From positions 96,001 to 160,000 of the forward strand of contig JAZDJN010000016.1 in assembly GCA_043803945.1 (NCBI GenBank): a DNA stretch of 64,000 nucleotides, read 5' to 3'. This DNA comes from a bacterium (GTDB taxonomy: Bacteria; Bacteroidota; Ignavibacteria; UBA10030). Below, piece after piece: positions 40,359 to 52,333 of the stretch. The notes beneath the pieces are model-generated. The model did not search any database. It was not told where the DNA came from and worked only from the letters and a program-made list of their open reading frames with translations. How positions within the stretch are numbered: the stretch's first letter is position 1; the number at the start of each line of letters is the position of its first letter. The translations under genes and the position numbers were made by a program.

Positions 40359-41813
40359 ATGCCGCTACCGAATCAACCTCCGGGACCGGGTCAGCCACCG
40401 CAGCGTCCATCAGGACAACCGGCAGGTGGAGCGCAGCCACAACAGCGGCCGTCTGGCCAACCGGCTGCTGGTCCACAACGCCCAACTCCCGGGACACCAA
40501 TTCCGCCACGACCAGCAGGCCAACCGGGCACTGGCACGCCCGGACAACAGCGCCTTCCTGGTCAACCAGGCCAGTCAGCTCCCCGTGTACAACTCGAGCA
40601 ACTCGATGTCCAAACACTATCGAAGGAAAAGATACGGGACCTGTTCAGATCCGGAAATCTTCCCACAGCCGAGCAAATTGTTGATGAACTCATCTGGCGT
40701 GCGACAAAAATCGGGGCCAACGACATTCATTTCGAATCACTGGAGGGGCAGCTCAGAATCCGAATAGGGCATGAAGGAGTTTTAAAACGAATCGTTTCCC
40801 TCCCACCCGACCTGACAGAAAATATTCTGAGCATATTGAAAACCAAGACCTCTTTAAATCAATTCGAAAAGAGAAAACCTCAGGAAGGGAGATATTCGGC
40901 GTCGTACCATGGCGACCAGTATGATTTTCGTATTAGCACCATTCCTGTTCTGAATGGTGAACGAGCATTACTTCGGATCTTAAAAAAAACCACTCAGGTA
41001 CAGCAACTTGAGGAGTTGGGATTTACCGATGTCATCCTGGAGAGAATTCGAACACTCCTCCGGCAACCGAAGGGATTACTACTCGTGACCGGTCCTTCCG
41101 GGAGCGGCAAGACCACCACGGTATACGCTGCGACTAATGCCGTTGAGACTCCGGAAAAATGCATCATCACGGTGGAAGATCCTGTTGAGTATCGCCTTCC
41201 ATTTGCCAGTCAGGTGCAGCTACCTGCGGATAAATCATTCAACTTCGTCGATGCATTACGGGCAATTCTCCGCCAGAATCCTAATGCAATTCTGATTGGA
41301 GAAATTCGCGATGCAGAGACCGGAACCGTTGCAGCGGAAGCAGCAGTGACCGGAAATCTGGTCCTGAGCACAATGCTAGCCGATAACTCCATCGGTTCGA
41401 TACATCGCCTTCTCAATATCGGCCTGAAACCCTATTGGCTCTCTGCTACACTCGTCGGAGTGATCTATCAGCAATTGATGCGGAAAGTTTGCACATCATG
41501 CAAGGAAGAATACAAACCCTCGGATGTCGAGGTCGAGCTGATCTCACCATTTTTACCCAAGAGCGATTTGAATTTTTCGTTCGGAAGAGGTTGTCAGGAT
41601 TGTGGTAATAGCGGCTACCTTGGAAGAACAGCCATATGCGAGATTATCAGCGCTACTGATAGATTGAGAGATTTGATCCTCAAACAGAGTACTATTTTGG
41701 AAATGCATGACGAAGCGCTAAAAAATGGCTTTGAGGATATTCGATTTGATGCAGCACGGAAGGTGGCGGCTGGTATTTCAACGATCTCCGAGTTTATCCG
41801 CGTGCTGGGCTAA
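40359..41813 (+). CDS. GspE/PilB family ATPase with Pro/Gln/Gly-rich N-terminus
   Basis: DIHFE, PQEGR, GPSGSGKTT, TVEDPVEY, GEIRD, CxxC..CxxC; start refined to MPLPNQ. Confidence 0.88.
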   Translation: MPLPNQPPGPGQPPQRPSGQPAGGAQPQQRPSGQPAAGPQRPTPGTPIPPRPAGQPGTGTPGQQRLPGQPGQSAPRVQLEQLDVQTLSKEKIRDLFRSGNLPTAEQIVDELIWRATKIGANDIHFESLEGQLRIRIGHEGVLKRIVSLPPDLTENILSILKTKTSLNQFEKRKPQEGRYSASYHGDQYDFRISTIPVLNGERALLRILKKTTQVQQLEELGFTDVILERIRTLLRQPKGLLLVTGPSGSGKTTTVYAATNAVETPEKCIITVEDPVEYRLPFASQVQLPADKSFNFVDALRAILRQNPNAILIGEIRDAETGTVAAEAAVTGNLVLSTMLADNSIGSIHRLLNIGLKPYWLSATLVGVIYQQLMRKVCTSCKEEYKPSDVEVELISPFLPKSDLNFSFGRGCQDCGNSGYLGRTAICEIISATDRLRDLILKQSTILEMHDEALKNGFEDIRFDAARKVAAGISTISEFIRVLG

Positions 41814-41818
41814 AAGAA

Positions 41819-42904
41819 TTATTCAGGCTGAAAGCGATCGATCTCTTCAAGAACGGTCTGAACGATTTCTTCTTCTTTCACTCGCTTAATCATCTCCCCT
41901 TTCCGGTAGAGTATTGCCACTCCTTTTCCTGCGGCAATACCGATATCAGCCTCACTGGCTTCGCCCGGTCCATTCACTACACAACCGAGCACTGCAATCT
42001 TTACCGGCTTCTTGACTCCGGCTAACTTTTCCTCCAGTTGTTTCATCACGCCAAAGAGATCGATCTCCAGCCTTCCGCACGTCGGGCATGCAATAAGTTC
42101 GACGTTTCGTGTGGCAAGGCTCAATGACCGGAGAATTTCTTTTCCTACTTCGACTTCCTTCACAGGGTCATCTGTCAGCGATACCCGGATTGTATCGCCA
42201 ATTCCTTCGGCAAGCAATGTGCCGATACCAACGGCCGACTTAATGGTGCCCACGCGTGTCGTCCCGGCTTCAGTGACACCAAGGTGCAAGGGAATATCTG
42301 TTCGTTGAGCGACGAGACGGTAAGCTTCAATCGTCAACTTTACATCAGTTGATTTTACCGAGATGATCACATCCTTGAAATCAAATTCATCACAAATTGC
42401 CACATGCCGCATCGCACTTTCAAAGAGCGCTTCGGCGGTCGGATAGCCATGCTTTTCAAGAATGTCTTCCTCGAGCGATCCTGAATTGACTCCGATGCGA
42501 ATCGGGATCCCGCGATCCTTACATGCTGTGAGAACCTGGCGGATACGATCTTTGGAGCCAATATTTCCAGGGTTGATCCTAACCTTTGCCACACCTGCTG
42601 CAACGGCATCCAACGCAAACACATGGTTGAAATGGATATCGGCAACGATAGGGACCGGTGACTGGCTGACAATACTTTTCATTGCTTCAGCCGCCTCTTT
42701 ATCATTTACAGTGACGCGTACAATGTCGCAGCCCGCTTCAGCGGCGGCACGGATCTGGGCAACAGTTCCAGTGACATCATCGGTCTTGGTCTTCGTCATC
42801 GTTTGGACAGAAATCGGTGAATCTCCGCCAATCTTAACTCCACCAACATTCACCGACCTTGTTTTACGGCGAATCCCAACTTTATATGTTTGATGCTCCA
42901 TCAT
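41819..42904 (-). CDS. ispG: (E)-4-hydroxy-3-methylbut-2-enyl-diphosphate synthase
   Basis: VADIHF, RINPGNIG, RIGVNSGSL, LHLGVTEAG, GDTIRVSL, CPTCGR, GCVVNGPGE. Confidence 0.97.
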   Translation of the reverse strand: MMEHQTYKVGIRRKTRSVNVGGVKIGGDSPISVQTMTKTKTDDVTGTVAQIRAAAEAGCDIVRVTVNDKEAAEAMKSIVSQSPVPIVADIHFNHVFALDAVAAGVAKVRINPGNIGSKDRIRQVLTACKDRGIPIRIGVNSGSLEEDILEKHGYPTAEALFESAMRHVAICDEFDFKDVIISVKSTDVKLTIEAYRLVAQRTDIPLHLGVTEAGTTRVGTIKSAVGIGTLLAEGIGDTIRVSLTDDPVKEVEVGKEILRSLSLATRNVELIACPTCGRLEIDLFGVMKQLEEKLAGVKKPVKIAVLGCVVNGPGEASEADIGIAAGKGVAILYRKGEMIKRVKEEEIVQTVLEEIDRFQPE

Positions 42905-42959
42905 TTCTCAAATTCGATTCTGCGTTAAATCGGTAAACGCTGAGGTTCGCTCCCGCAGA

Positions 42960-43895
42960 TTAATTTATTTTTTTACTCACCTCAAAAAGGGTTTTCTTTT
43001 CCTCCTCTGACAGGCTTTGATATCCACCCTGGCTAATCTTATCCAGAATCTGATCGATTTGTTTCTGGGTGATCAGATCAGGTGATTTCTTGGGGGCATC
43101 GTTAATATCGAATACCGGTGTGTCGATAACTTGATCTTCCTGGTCTGAAGATTGCTTCACCGATTTTGAATTTATCCACCACCGCGCACGAGCGATGAGG
43201 TGTTCAAGTGGCAGACGCCTGCTATCGTAGAGGAAGTAGATATATCCGGACAGAGCGCCTCCCAGATGCGCCAGATTTGCTACCTGACTGTCGCTCCCGA
43301 CGGAAAGAACTCCAAGCACAATCAGTCCCATGACAAAGTATTTCACCTTGACCGGTACGAAAAAATAAAACAGGATATAGCGATCAGGGAATAACATGGC
43401 AAACGCTACCAGAACACCATAGACCGCACCCGAAGCTCCGATCGTGGGAATCGGATTCCCCATCGCTCCTGTCACCGATTGCGGGTCGATGAGGGGTGTC
43501 ACCAGGAGCTGCGTCAATCCGGCAACAATGCCACAGATAATGTAGAAGAAGAAAAATTTACGAGATCCCCAAACATGCTCCACCTCCATTCCAAACATCC
43601 AGAGGCCGAAGAACATATTATAGAGCAGGTGCCAGATATCTGCATGGAGGAATTGATAGGTAATGAGCTGCCAAGGGTAAAAATATCCGCTCCCTAACGG
43701 CATTAACCCAAGGTAATAATTGATGTAGAAGTTCAGCGGGACTTGTTGAATAGTGAACATCTTTGCAAACAGACCAAGGACGACAAAGATCCCGGCGTTC
43801 GCGATGAGAAGCCATTTGATGACAGGAGGAAAGAATTGGAATCCGCCCTGCATGGAAGGCCGATAGTAATTACCCTGATTTGAATTATAGGACAT
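42960..43895 (-). CDS. Rhomboid family intramembrane serine protease
   Basis: WQLITYQFLH, GASGA, AHLGG, C-terminal IDQILDKI..GY.SL. Confidence 0.93.
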   Translation of the reverse strand: MSYNSNQGNYYRPSMQGGFQFFPPVIKWLLIANAGIFVVLGLFAKMFTIQQVPLNFYINYYLGLMPLGSGYFYPWQLITYQFLHADIWHLLYNMFFGLWMFGMEVEHVWGSRKFFFFYIICGIVAGLTQLLVTPLIDPQSVTGAMGNPIPTIGASGAVYGVLVAFAMLFPDRYILFYFFVPVKVKYFVMGLIVLGVLSVGSDSQVANLAHLGGALSGYIYFLYDSRRLPLEHLIARARWWINSKSVKQSSDQEDQVIDTPVFDINDAPKKSPDLITQKQIDQILDKISQGGYQSLSEEEKKTLFEVSKKIN

Positions 43896-44031
43896 GAGAC
43901 CGTATCGTTAGAATAATGATATTGAGTATTGAAAGCCGATGATTAGTTTGCGAAGTTTTAGAGCAAGCCGTTGTCAGAACAGATGATGGGCTACTGGATT
44001 CGATGATCAAACCGATAGCCCATCTTCTCAA

Positions 44032-45297
44032 TTACTTCTCATTTAATGCAGCGACCCCGGGGAGCACTTTTCCTTCGAGGTACTCGAGAGAGGCTCCACC
44101 CCCCGTAGAGACATGGGACACGGATTTCTCAAGTCCTGCCTGTGCGATCGCGGAAGCAGAATCGCCGCCACCGACGACCGTTATGGCGCCAAGGGTTGTT
44201 GCTTCTGCAAGAGCTTGTGCGATGGCCGTTGTACCTTTAGCGAAGTTCGGCATCTCAAAAACACCCATCGGTCCATTCCAGACAATTGTCTTACCTTTTT
44301 TAATCTCGCCGCAAAACAGAGCGATCGTTTCAGGGCCAATATCCACACCGGCCCATCCTTCCGGGATCGCGTTGATTGCTACAATTTTTGTTACCGCTTC
44401 ATTATCAAATTTATCGGCAATCAGACAATCGACCGGCAGAAGCAATTTCACATTCTTTGCTTTCGCCTCATCGAGAATCTGCTTTGCCAGATCAATCTTG
44501 TCTTCTTCTAACAACGATTTTCCGATTTCCATTCCCTGCGCTTTGAAGAAGGTAAACATCATACCACCGCCAATGAGCAGCGCATCAACTTTCGCCATGA
44601 GATTCTGGATCACATCAATTTTCCCCGAAATCTTTGCTCCTCCCAGCACTGCCACATAGGGCTTTGCCGGAGTCTCCGTTGCTTTATCGAGATAGGCAAT
44701 CTCTTTCTCCATCAAGAATCCTGCAACTGCCGGCAGGAAATGTGCGAGAGTCTCGGTGGAAGCATGGGCACGATGTGCCGTTCCGAATGCATCGTTGACA
44801 TAGACATCGCCATAGGCAGCGAGTTCCTTCGCCATCGTTTCACGATCGACCGCTTCCTTTCCTGTCTCTTCTTTATGGAATCTTGTGTTCTCCAGCATGA
44901 GAATCTCGCCATGCTGCAGGCCATCAACCATCGCCTTGGTCTCAGCCCCAATGGCTGCCGGGGCAAGCTTCACCGGTTTGTTGAGCAGCGCCGAGAGCCT
45001 CTCGACAATCGGTTTCATTTTATGTTTGCCTTCGATGTACTTTGCTTCATCAAACGGCTTTCCATCCTTTTCCGCTTTTTCCTTTGCTTTCTTTGCATCC
45101 TTCTTCGGATCGCCGAGATGCGACATCAACACCAGATACGTTGGCTGCTGTTCCAATACATACGTAATGGTTGGCAGCGCTGCGCGTATGCGGATGTCAT
45201 CCTGTATCACTCCGTTTTTTAATGGGACATTAAAGTCAACGCGCATGACAACACGCTTTCCTCTCAAGTCGATATCTTTTACCGTTTTCTTATTCAC
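44032..45297 (-). CDS. pgk: Phosphoglycerate kinase
   Basis: RVDFNVP, SHLG, LENTRF, NDAFGTAHRAH, WNGPMGVFE, GGGDS, STGGGASLE. Confidence 0.97.
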   Translation of the reverse strand: MNKKTVKDIDLRGKRVVMRVDFNVPLKNGVIQDDIRIRAALPTITYVLEQQPTYLVLMSHLGDPKKDAKKAKEKAEKDGKPFDEAKYIEGKHKMKPIVERLSALLNKPVKLAPAAIGAETKAMVDGLQHGEILMLENTRFHKEETGKEAVDRETMAKELAAYGDVYVNDAFGTAHRAHASTETLAHFLPAVAGFLMEKEIAYLDKATETPAKPYVAVLGGAKISGKIDVIQNLMAKVDALLIGGGMMFTFFKAQGMEIGKSLLEEDKIDLAKQILDEAKAKNVKLLLPVDCLIADKFDNEAVTKIVAINAIPEGWAGVDIGPETIALFCGEIKKGKTIVWNGPMGVFEMPNFAKGTTAIAQALAEATTLGAITVVGGGDSASAIAQAGLEKSVSHVSTGGGASLEYLEGKVLPGVAALNEK

Positions 45298-45402
45298 TGT
45301 TCCCTCATACTATAAAGAGAGCATCATTACGCCTCTTCCCCGGGAAAACCGGGAAGTCGAATAACGCTCTACGATTCCAAAATTTTGTCTGTCGTAAAAT
45401 AC

Positions 45403-45452
45403 AAAACCCGCGCCCATTACTTCGATCGTGTTCAGCAACGGCGCGCGGGTTT
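45403..45452 (-). terminator. Probable intrinsic terminator/hairpin after gap
   Basis: aaaacccgcgc...gcgcgggttt inverted repeat just downstream of the gap stop. Confidence 0.6.
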
Positions 45453-45457
45453 ATGAA

Positions 45458-46537
<1,080 letters not shown>

Positions 46538-46713
46538 TCATGTTTAGGAAAGAAAAATTTGCCGTTCAATCCAATAAATTCTTTGCGAAGTTAGACAGAA
46601 ATAGAGTGAAATGCAATTATTGCTCTGGAATTTGCCATTCGTGACCAAGGCATATTGATTCTCCGCTATCTTCCTCATACTTTGGGCCTGACCTTACACT
46701 GAAAGAACAGGCA

Positions 46714-47748
46714 ATGCGACCAGACATTGAAGAACTGAAAAAGACATTACGGCGAGGGAAAGGAAGATTTGTGCCGTACATGGAACTCGGTGTGCATCCA
46801 TCCATTAAGGAGCGTTTTCTTGGGAAAAAGCTTGAAACACTTCAGGATGATGTAGAATTCTGGCACAAGGCCGGATATGACTATGTGAAGCTTCAGCCAA
46901 TTGTCGATTTCAATCCTGGCAAGATCGGCCTCTCGGATAACGTCACCTACAATGATGATGGTACTATTATTCGAAAATGGGCCTCGGAATCGAGTGGTGT
47001 CATTACTACCGTTGAGGAGTTTGAGCGTTATCTCTTTCCGCGAAAGGAAGACTTCAATTACTCCCGATTCGAAGAGATCAGATCCCTGCTTCCAGAGGGT
47101 ATGGGTGTCATTGGCCAGTATGGCGATATCTTCACGATGAATTGGGAGATGATGGGCTTCGAAACGTTTGCAGTAACCTGGTATGAGAATCCTGACCTCG
47201 TTCTGGCTCTGAACCACAAACTCGGCGAGTTAGTGTTGAGTATGTTTGAATGTTTTGCTCAGTCAGATGCCGTGGATATTATTTGGTATTCAGATGATAT
47301 TGCATACACGGAAGGATTACTCGTTTCCCCGCAACTTCTGGATGAGGTTTTTTTTCCATGGTTAAAAAAAATTGGTGATCTCGCACATCGGGCCAATAAG
47401 CCGTTCATTTATCATACTGATGGTGTGCTCTATGATGTGTTTGATAAGATTCTTGATTCCGGCGTCGATGCAATTCACCCAATTGAACCGAAGGCAATGC
47501 AGATTGCCGAAGTAAAACAGCGGTATGGGGACAAACTCTGCCTCATTGGCCACGTCGATGTCGATCTGCTCTCGCGAGGAACACCTGCAGAAGTACGAGA
47601 GAGAGTTCGTTTGAACATCGAACAAGCGGCTTTTAACGGCGGGTACTGTGCTGGATCGGGAAACAGCATTCCAGAGTATGTAAACTTTGATAACTATATC
47701 GCGATGTTGAAGGCCGCAGAGGAGTTCGGAGGTGAAGGGAAATTTTAA
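46714..47748 (+). CDS. Uroporphyrinogen decarboxylase / MtaA-CmuA methyltransferase family
   Basis: DDIAY, YHTDG, GVDAIHPIEP, YGDKLCLIG.VD, GGY..GSGNSI. Confidence 0.85.
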   Translation: MRPDIEELKKTLRRGKGRFVPYMELGVHPSIKERFLGKKLETLQDDVEFWHKAGYDYVKLQPIVDFNPGKIGLSDNVTYNDDGTIIRKWASESSGVITTVEEFERYLFPRKEDFNYSRFEEIRSLLPEGMGVIGQYGDIFTMNWEMMGFETFAVTWYENPDLVLALNHKLGELVLSMFECFAQSDAVDIIWYSDDIAYTEGLLVSPQLLDEVFFPWLKKIGDLAHRANKPFIYHTDGVLYDVFDKILDSGVDAIHPIEPKAMQIAEVKQRYGDKLCLIGHVDVDLLSRGTPAEVRERVRLNIEQAAFNGGYCAGSGNSIPEYVNFDNYIAMLKAAEEFGGEGKF

Positions 47749-47750
47749 TT

Positions 47751-48506
47751 CTAGATGTTTGTATCCTTCTGTGCTAATGCCGCTGAGGCTGCAATAATTT
47801 TTTGCGCACCGCATGCCAGGAGTATTTTCGCACACGCTTCGATTGTTGCGCCAGTGGTAATAACATCATCGACGATGATGAACGATTTTCCTTCTACCGA
47901 ATTCACCCGATTTGACTTCAGAGAGAATGCTTCATGAACATTCTTCTTTCTCTGCTCCAGGTTTAATGTTGTCTGACTTTGCGTATCCTTCGAACGGCAG
48001 ATGAGCGTTCTCAATTGAACGATGCCTGTAATACTCGTAATCCCTTCAGCAAGGGAGTCCGATTGATTGTACCCTCGTTCACGATACTTTCTGCGATGAA
48101 GCGGTACTGCCAAGACGTAATCTGCTGTGATACGGGCATCGAGCAATGCCAGCCCGATCTGTTTTCCCAATGCCACTCCAAGAGATCGTACACCATCGTA
48201 CTTGAGCGCGTGGACAATATGTTGGAAGGCACTCTCCTTCTCAAAGACAAATACTGAAACCAGTCCATGAATACACCGGGAGGAAAGCAGCTTTTCGTTT
48301 GTATCCTGAAAGAGAAGGTGATCAGAAGAAATACGAGGGATATTTGCCCAGCAGGTCGCGCAGACCTGATGCTCACCGCGTGTAAGCAATCCTGCACAAG
48401 AGCGGCAAACCGGGGGATAGAGATAATCAAGCCACAATGCGCCGAATTCACGGACAGCGTGATTCGTACTCCTCATAATCCCGGTGAACGAAATCATCGT
48501 GAGCAC
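47751..48506 (-). CDS. comF: ComF family protein (zinc ribbon + phosphoribosyltransferase)
   Basis: CRSC/CATC, LKY, VPLH, RGYNQS, IVDDVITTGAT. Confidence 0.9.
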   Translation of the reverse strand: MLTMISFTGIMRSTNHAVREFGALWLDYLYPPVCRSCAGLLTRGEHQVCATCWANIPRISSDHLLFQDTNEKLLSSRCIHGLVSVFVFEKESAFQHIVHALKYDGVRSLGVALGKQIGLALLDARITADYVLAVPLHRRKYRERGYNQSDSLAEGITSITGIVQLRTLICRSKDTQSQTTLNLEQRKKNVHEAFSLKSNRVNSVEGKSFIIVDDVITTGATIEACAKILLACGAQKIIAASAALAQKDTNI

Positions 48507-48633
48507 TCCCTGTTTTCTGACGGTGTCGCATAAAACTTACTGAATTCAGATACAAATCACCATTGGAATATTCGGAGAAAGATGATATTTTCTCCTTGAG
48601 CAAATCAATCATCATTCCAGGACATCATAGAAG

Positions 48634-49086
48634 ATGGAAGAGTACAATCCGAATAAAAAAGAATATAATCCCCAGATGCACTCAGCAGAACACATCCTGA
48701 ATCAGACGATGAATAGGATGTTCAATTGCGGGCGAGCGGTAAGTGCTCATATCGAGAAGAAAAAATCGAAATGTGATTATCGCTTCAATCGAAATCTGTC
48801 GCAAGAAGAAATCACGGAGGTCGAGCGAAGAGTAAACGAAGTGATCGAGACACGTGCACCGGTTAAAGAAACTTTCCTTACGCGGGAGGAAGCATCTCAG
48901 CGATTTACTCTTACCAGACTACCAGAGGATTCAGGAGACAGTATCAGGATTATCACTATCGGTGACTATGATGCCTGTCCATGCAGTGGTTTACACATCT
49001 CAAACACCAGCGAAATCGGTACGTTTAGTATTGCATCAACGGAACTAAGAGAGGGAATGCTCAGGGTACGATTTAAACTAACCTAA
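48634..49086 (+). CDS. Free-standing alanyl-tRNA editing domain (AlaX-like)
   Basis: HSAEH (HxxxH) and CSGLH (CxxxH) zinc motifs in 150 aa. Confidence 0.82.
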   Translation: MEEYNPNKKEYNPQMHSAEHILNQTMNRMFNCGRAVSAHIEKKKSKCDYRFNRNLSQEEITEVERRVNEVIETRAPVKETFLTREEASQRFTLTRLPEDSGDSIRIITIGDYDACPCSGLHISNTSEIGTFSIASTELREGMLRVRFKLT

Positions 49087-49164
49087 CGGGCGGGATCCAT
49101 CTCGTGCCAGGTGTGATCGAATTGCTATGAGAATTGTTTTCTCCAACCGAATTATGAGGAGGGA

Positions 49165-49296
49165 GAAATTCGAATCCCCAATTCCAGATTCAGAATTCAT
49201 CAATCCCAATTTGTCAATCGGCAATCGTAATTCATCAATCTCCATTCTCCCATGCTCACACACTCCTTCTCATACACTCTTACCCTCTCACTCCCT
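49165..49296. repeat. Degenerate short tandem repeats (7-mer AATYCNN, then CT-rich 8-mers)
   Basis: aatccccaattccagattcagaattcatcaatcccaatttgtcaatcggcaatcgtaattcatcaatc, then ctcccatgctcacacactcc... Confidence 0.55.
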
Positions 49297-51308
49297 CACT
49301 TCTTCCCTTCCAATTTCTCAATTTCATCGCGCAATTCAGCGGCGCGCTCAAACTCCAGATCTTTTGCTGCTCGCCTCATCTCAACCTTCAATTCCTCGAG
49401 CAGATCATGGCGCTGTTCCTCACTCATGTATCGGATGACCGTGTCTGAGACAGCAGCAAATTTTCCCCGGTCCTTTCGGGCCTCTCGCATCGTCTGAACG
49501 TCGGCAATGGCAGTTGCGGCAAGTACTTCGTCGACACTCTTGTAGATGGTCTTCGGTTGAATTCCATGCGCGGCATTATACTCTAATTGTTTCTCCCGTC
49601 TCCGGTTGGTTTCATCAAGCATCCGTTGCATGGAACCGGTGATCCTATCGGCATAGAGCAGTACTTTGCCATTCACATTGCGCGCCGTGCGGCCCGCCGT
49701 TTGAATCAACGATCGCTCCGATCTCAAGAATCCCTCCTTATCAGCATCGATGATCGCGACGAGCGAGACCTCGGGCAGATCGAGCCCTTCGCGGAGAAGG
49801 TTAACCCCCACAAGCACATCGAAATCTCCAAGCCGCAGATTGCGCAGGATTTCAACACGCTCGAGTGCATTGACTTCCGAATGGATATAGCGCACTTTAA
49901 TGCCAATGTTCAGCAAGTATTCCGTCAAATCCTCCGCCATGCGCTTGGTGAGGGTTGTCACAAGTATCCGTTCTTTGCGCCCTGCACGTTCCCTGATTTC
50001 GTGGATCAGATCGTCAATCTGATGTTTGCTCGGTTTTACTTCCACCGCCGGATCAACGAGCCCCGTTGGGCGGATGACTTGCTCGACAAAAATACCCTTG
50101 CACTTTTCCAACTCATAATCGCCCGGCGTTGCACTGACAAAAATGATTTGCCCTACTTTCTTCTCCCATTCGTCAAACGTTAAGGGACGGTTATCAAGGG
50201 CCGAAGGAAGGCGAAAGCCGTATTGGACAAGTGTTTCCTTTCGCGATCGATCGCCATGCCACATCCCGCGAATCTGTGAAACCGTCACATGTGATTCATC
50301 GATGACGGTAAGGAAATCGTCCGGGAAATAATCGAGGAGACAGGACGGGCGTGAGCCGGGAGGCCTTCCTGTCAAATGCCGGGAATAGTTTTCGATGCCC
50401 GTGCAGTATCCTATCTCCCGGAGCATTTCCATATCGAACCTCGTTCGCTGCTCAAGCCGTTGGGCTTCGACAAGCTTACCGAGATTTCTCAGTTCGGAGA
50501 GCCGTTCCATAAGCTCTTGCCTGACACTGACGAGTGCGCGATCAATACTGGGCCTGGTGGTAATAAACTGCTTCGCAGGATAGATGACTTCAAATTCTGT
50601 TTCGCCGATGATCGCTCCGCTTACCTTGTGGATATAGGAGAGCCGTTCAATCTCATCGCCAAAAAATTCAATGCGGACCGCTTCTTCATTTTCATATCCC
50701 GGTATGACTTCAACGACATCGCCGCGGACACGAAAGGTACCGCGGGTAAATTCGTAGTCATTTCTGGAATAGAGCATATCGAGGAGCTTTTTCAGGATCT
50801 CATTCCGACTGACCTGCTGCCCTTTTCGGAGTGCAAGAGTCTGGGAAAGCCACTCCTCGGGAGCACCGATGCCATAGATGCTGCTTACGGAAGCAACGAC
50901 AATAACATTGGTGTCTCCACTCAACAAGGCACTTGTCGCACGCAGGCGAAGCCGGTCGATCTCCTCATTGACCGAGGAATCTTTTGCAATATACGTATCA
51001 GTCGTTGGTACATAGGCTTCGGGTTGGTAATAATCATAATAGCTGATGAAGAATTCCACCCGGTTCTTCGGAAAGAATCCTTTGAACTCAGCATAGAGCT
51101 GTGCGGCCAGCGTTTTATTATGTGACATCACGAGCACCGGTTTGTCGAGGTGCTGGATGACGTTGGAAACGGTGAAGGTCTTTCCGCTTCCTGTAACTCC
51201 AAGGAGAGTCTGATAGCGGTCGCCGCGTGAAAGACCTTCGAGCAGTTGACGGATCGCCTCGGGCTGGTCACCCTCGGGGCGATACTCAGAAACAAGCTGG
51301 TAGGGCAT
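49296..51308 (-). CDS. uvrB: Excinuclease ABC subunit B
   Basis: [55 protein letters not shown]. Confidence 0.98.
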   Translation of the reverse strand: MPYQLVSEYRPEGDQPEAIRQLLEGLSRGDRYQTLLGVTGSGKTFTVSNVIQHLDKPVLVMSHNKTLAAQLYAEFKGFFPKNRVEFFISYYDYYQPEAYVPTTDTYIAKDSSVNEEIDRLRLRATSALLSGDTNVIVVASVSSIYGIGAPEEWLSQTLALRKGQQVSRNEILKKLLDMLYSRNDYEFTRGTFRVRGDVVEVIPGYENEEAVRIEFFGDEIERLSYIHKVSGAIIGETEFEVIYPAKQFITTRPSIDRALVSVRQELMERLSELRNLGKLVEAQRLEQRTRFDMEMLREIGYCTGIENYSRHLTGRPPGSRPSCLLDYFPDDFLTVIDESHVTVSQIRGMWHGDRSRKETLVQYGFRLPSALDNRPLTFDEWEKKVGQIIFVSATPGDYELEKCKGIFVEQVIRPTGLVDPAVEVKPSKHQIDDLIHEIRERAGRKERILVTTLTKRMAEDLTEYLLNIGIKVRYIHSEVNALERVEILRNLRLGDFDVLVGVNLLREGLDLPEVSLVAIIDADKEGFLRSERSLIQTAGRTARNVNGKVLLYADRITGSMQRMLDETNRRREKQLEYNAAHGIQPKTIYKSVDEVLAATAIADVQTMREARKDRGKFAAVSDTVIRYMSEEQRHDLLEELKVEMRRAAKDLEFERAAELRDEIEKLEGKK

Positions 51309-51332
51309 GAAATTCCGCTTGTGTGGGACGGA

Positions 51333-51779
51333 TTATTCTTTTCCGCCAGTTCTGGCGGCATTTAAAAATGCATCCCGGACAAAATCGGCCGCATTTGTCA
51401 TAAACGTTTCCGGAATTCCTTTTTTAAATTGTTCGAACATAAACGGAGTGCCGCCGGCAGAAATCGAAAGATTCGGATTGATGATAATCATGCGAGTTGC
51501 TCCTCCGCATTTCAAGAGAACGGAACCCTTCACCACTGGAAATGTCGTTTCAATAATCGGCTCAACTGTCACCGGAACATTGAGGATATGCATCGTGCTA
51601 ATATCCTCACCCTGTGCTTCCACATTCTGGGCTTTCAAAAAGATAATGCTTTCGGAAATGCATTTCCGTGCCTGGGCAGCAATCTCATTGGCAACCCCTG
51701 TCAACTTCTCTCGCTCGGCCACAAATTTATTCCACTCTTTGACAGTATTGACAAGAAGAGTCTTTGATGCTTCGTTCAT
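51333..51779 (-). CDS. Hypothetical protein
   Basis: 148-aa ORF with AAGGGG RBS, co-directional with uvrB; no family recognised. Confidence 0.65.
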   Translation of the reverse strand: MNEASKTLLVNTVKEWNKFVAEREKLTGVANEIAAQARKCISESIIFLKAQNVEAQGEDISTMHILNVPVTVEPIIETTFPVVKGSVLLKCGGATRMIIINPNLSISAGGTPFMFEQFKKGIPETFMTNAADFVRDAFLNAARTGGKE

Positions 51780-51927
51780 TGATGGATCCCCCTTTCAGAA
51801 CTGTGATTGAATAAGTGAGATGATTGAGATACAATATAGGAGTTGGAAAGACGGTTTTCAAGCAATGCCGACGGACAAACCGTTTCATCCTTGCTTCCCA
51901 ATCCATCCTTTGGTACTTTCAGATCGG

Positions 51928-52272
51928 ATGACGACTATGAAAATAATCAGGTTTTCTACACTTGCCGGTTTTGTGCTCCTTCTCGGAGCGTGTTCTCCCC
52001 AACCTTCTGCGCCATCGAAGGAAGAGCAGCGGCTGATATCCCTTTACACCGATCTCTTGATCCTTCAGGAGCAGAGACTTGCCCAGGCATCACTGCCCGA
52101 TTCGTTCACCTCACAAAAGAAGATACAAGATCTCCTCACAACATCAGGACTGACACAACAGCAGGTGTGCGAACAATTTTTTTCGAGATTGGAAGATCCG
52201 GAAACAGCACGGGAATTTTTCAATCGGATCCAAACTGAGATTGACGGCAGAAGACGGGTTCGGAGAGAGTAA
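51928..52272 (+). CDS. Hypothetical lipoprotein (DUF4296-like)
   Basis: Lipobox LLGAC, then LYTDLLI helical domain; start uncertain. Confidence 0.55.
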   Translation: MTTMKIIRFSTLAGFVLLLGACSPQPSAPSKEEQRLISLYTDLLILQEQRLAQASLPDSFTSQKKIQDLLTTSGLTQQQVCEQFFSRLEDPETAREFFNRIQTEIDGRRRVRRE

Positions 52273-52333
52273 GACGAAGGAGTCTGGCTCGAACGAGCAT
52301 TGTTCATCGCTTCCCTCCCCTTCCACCGGAGAA

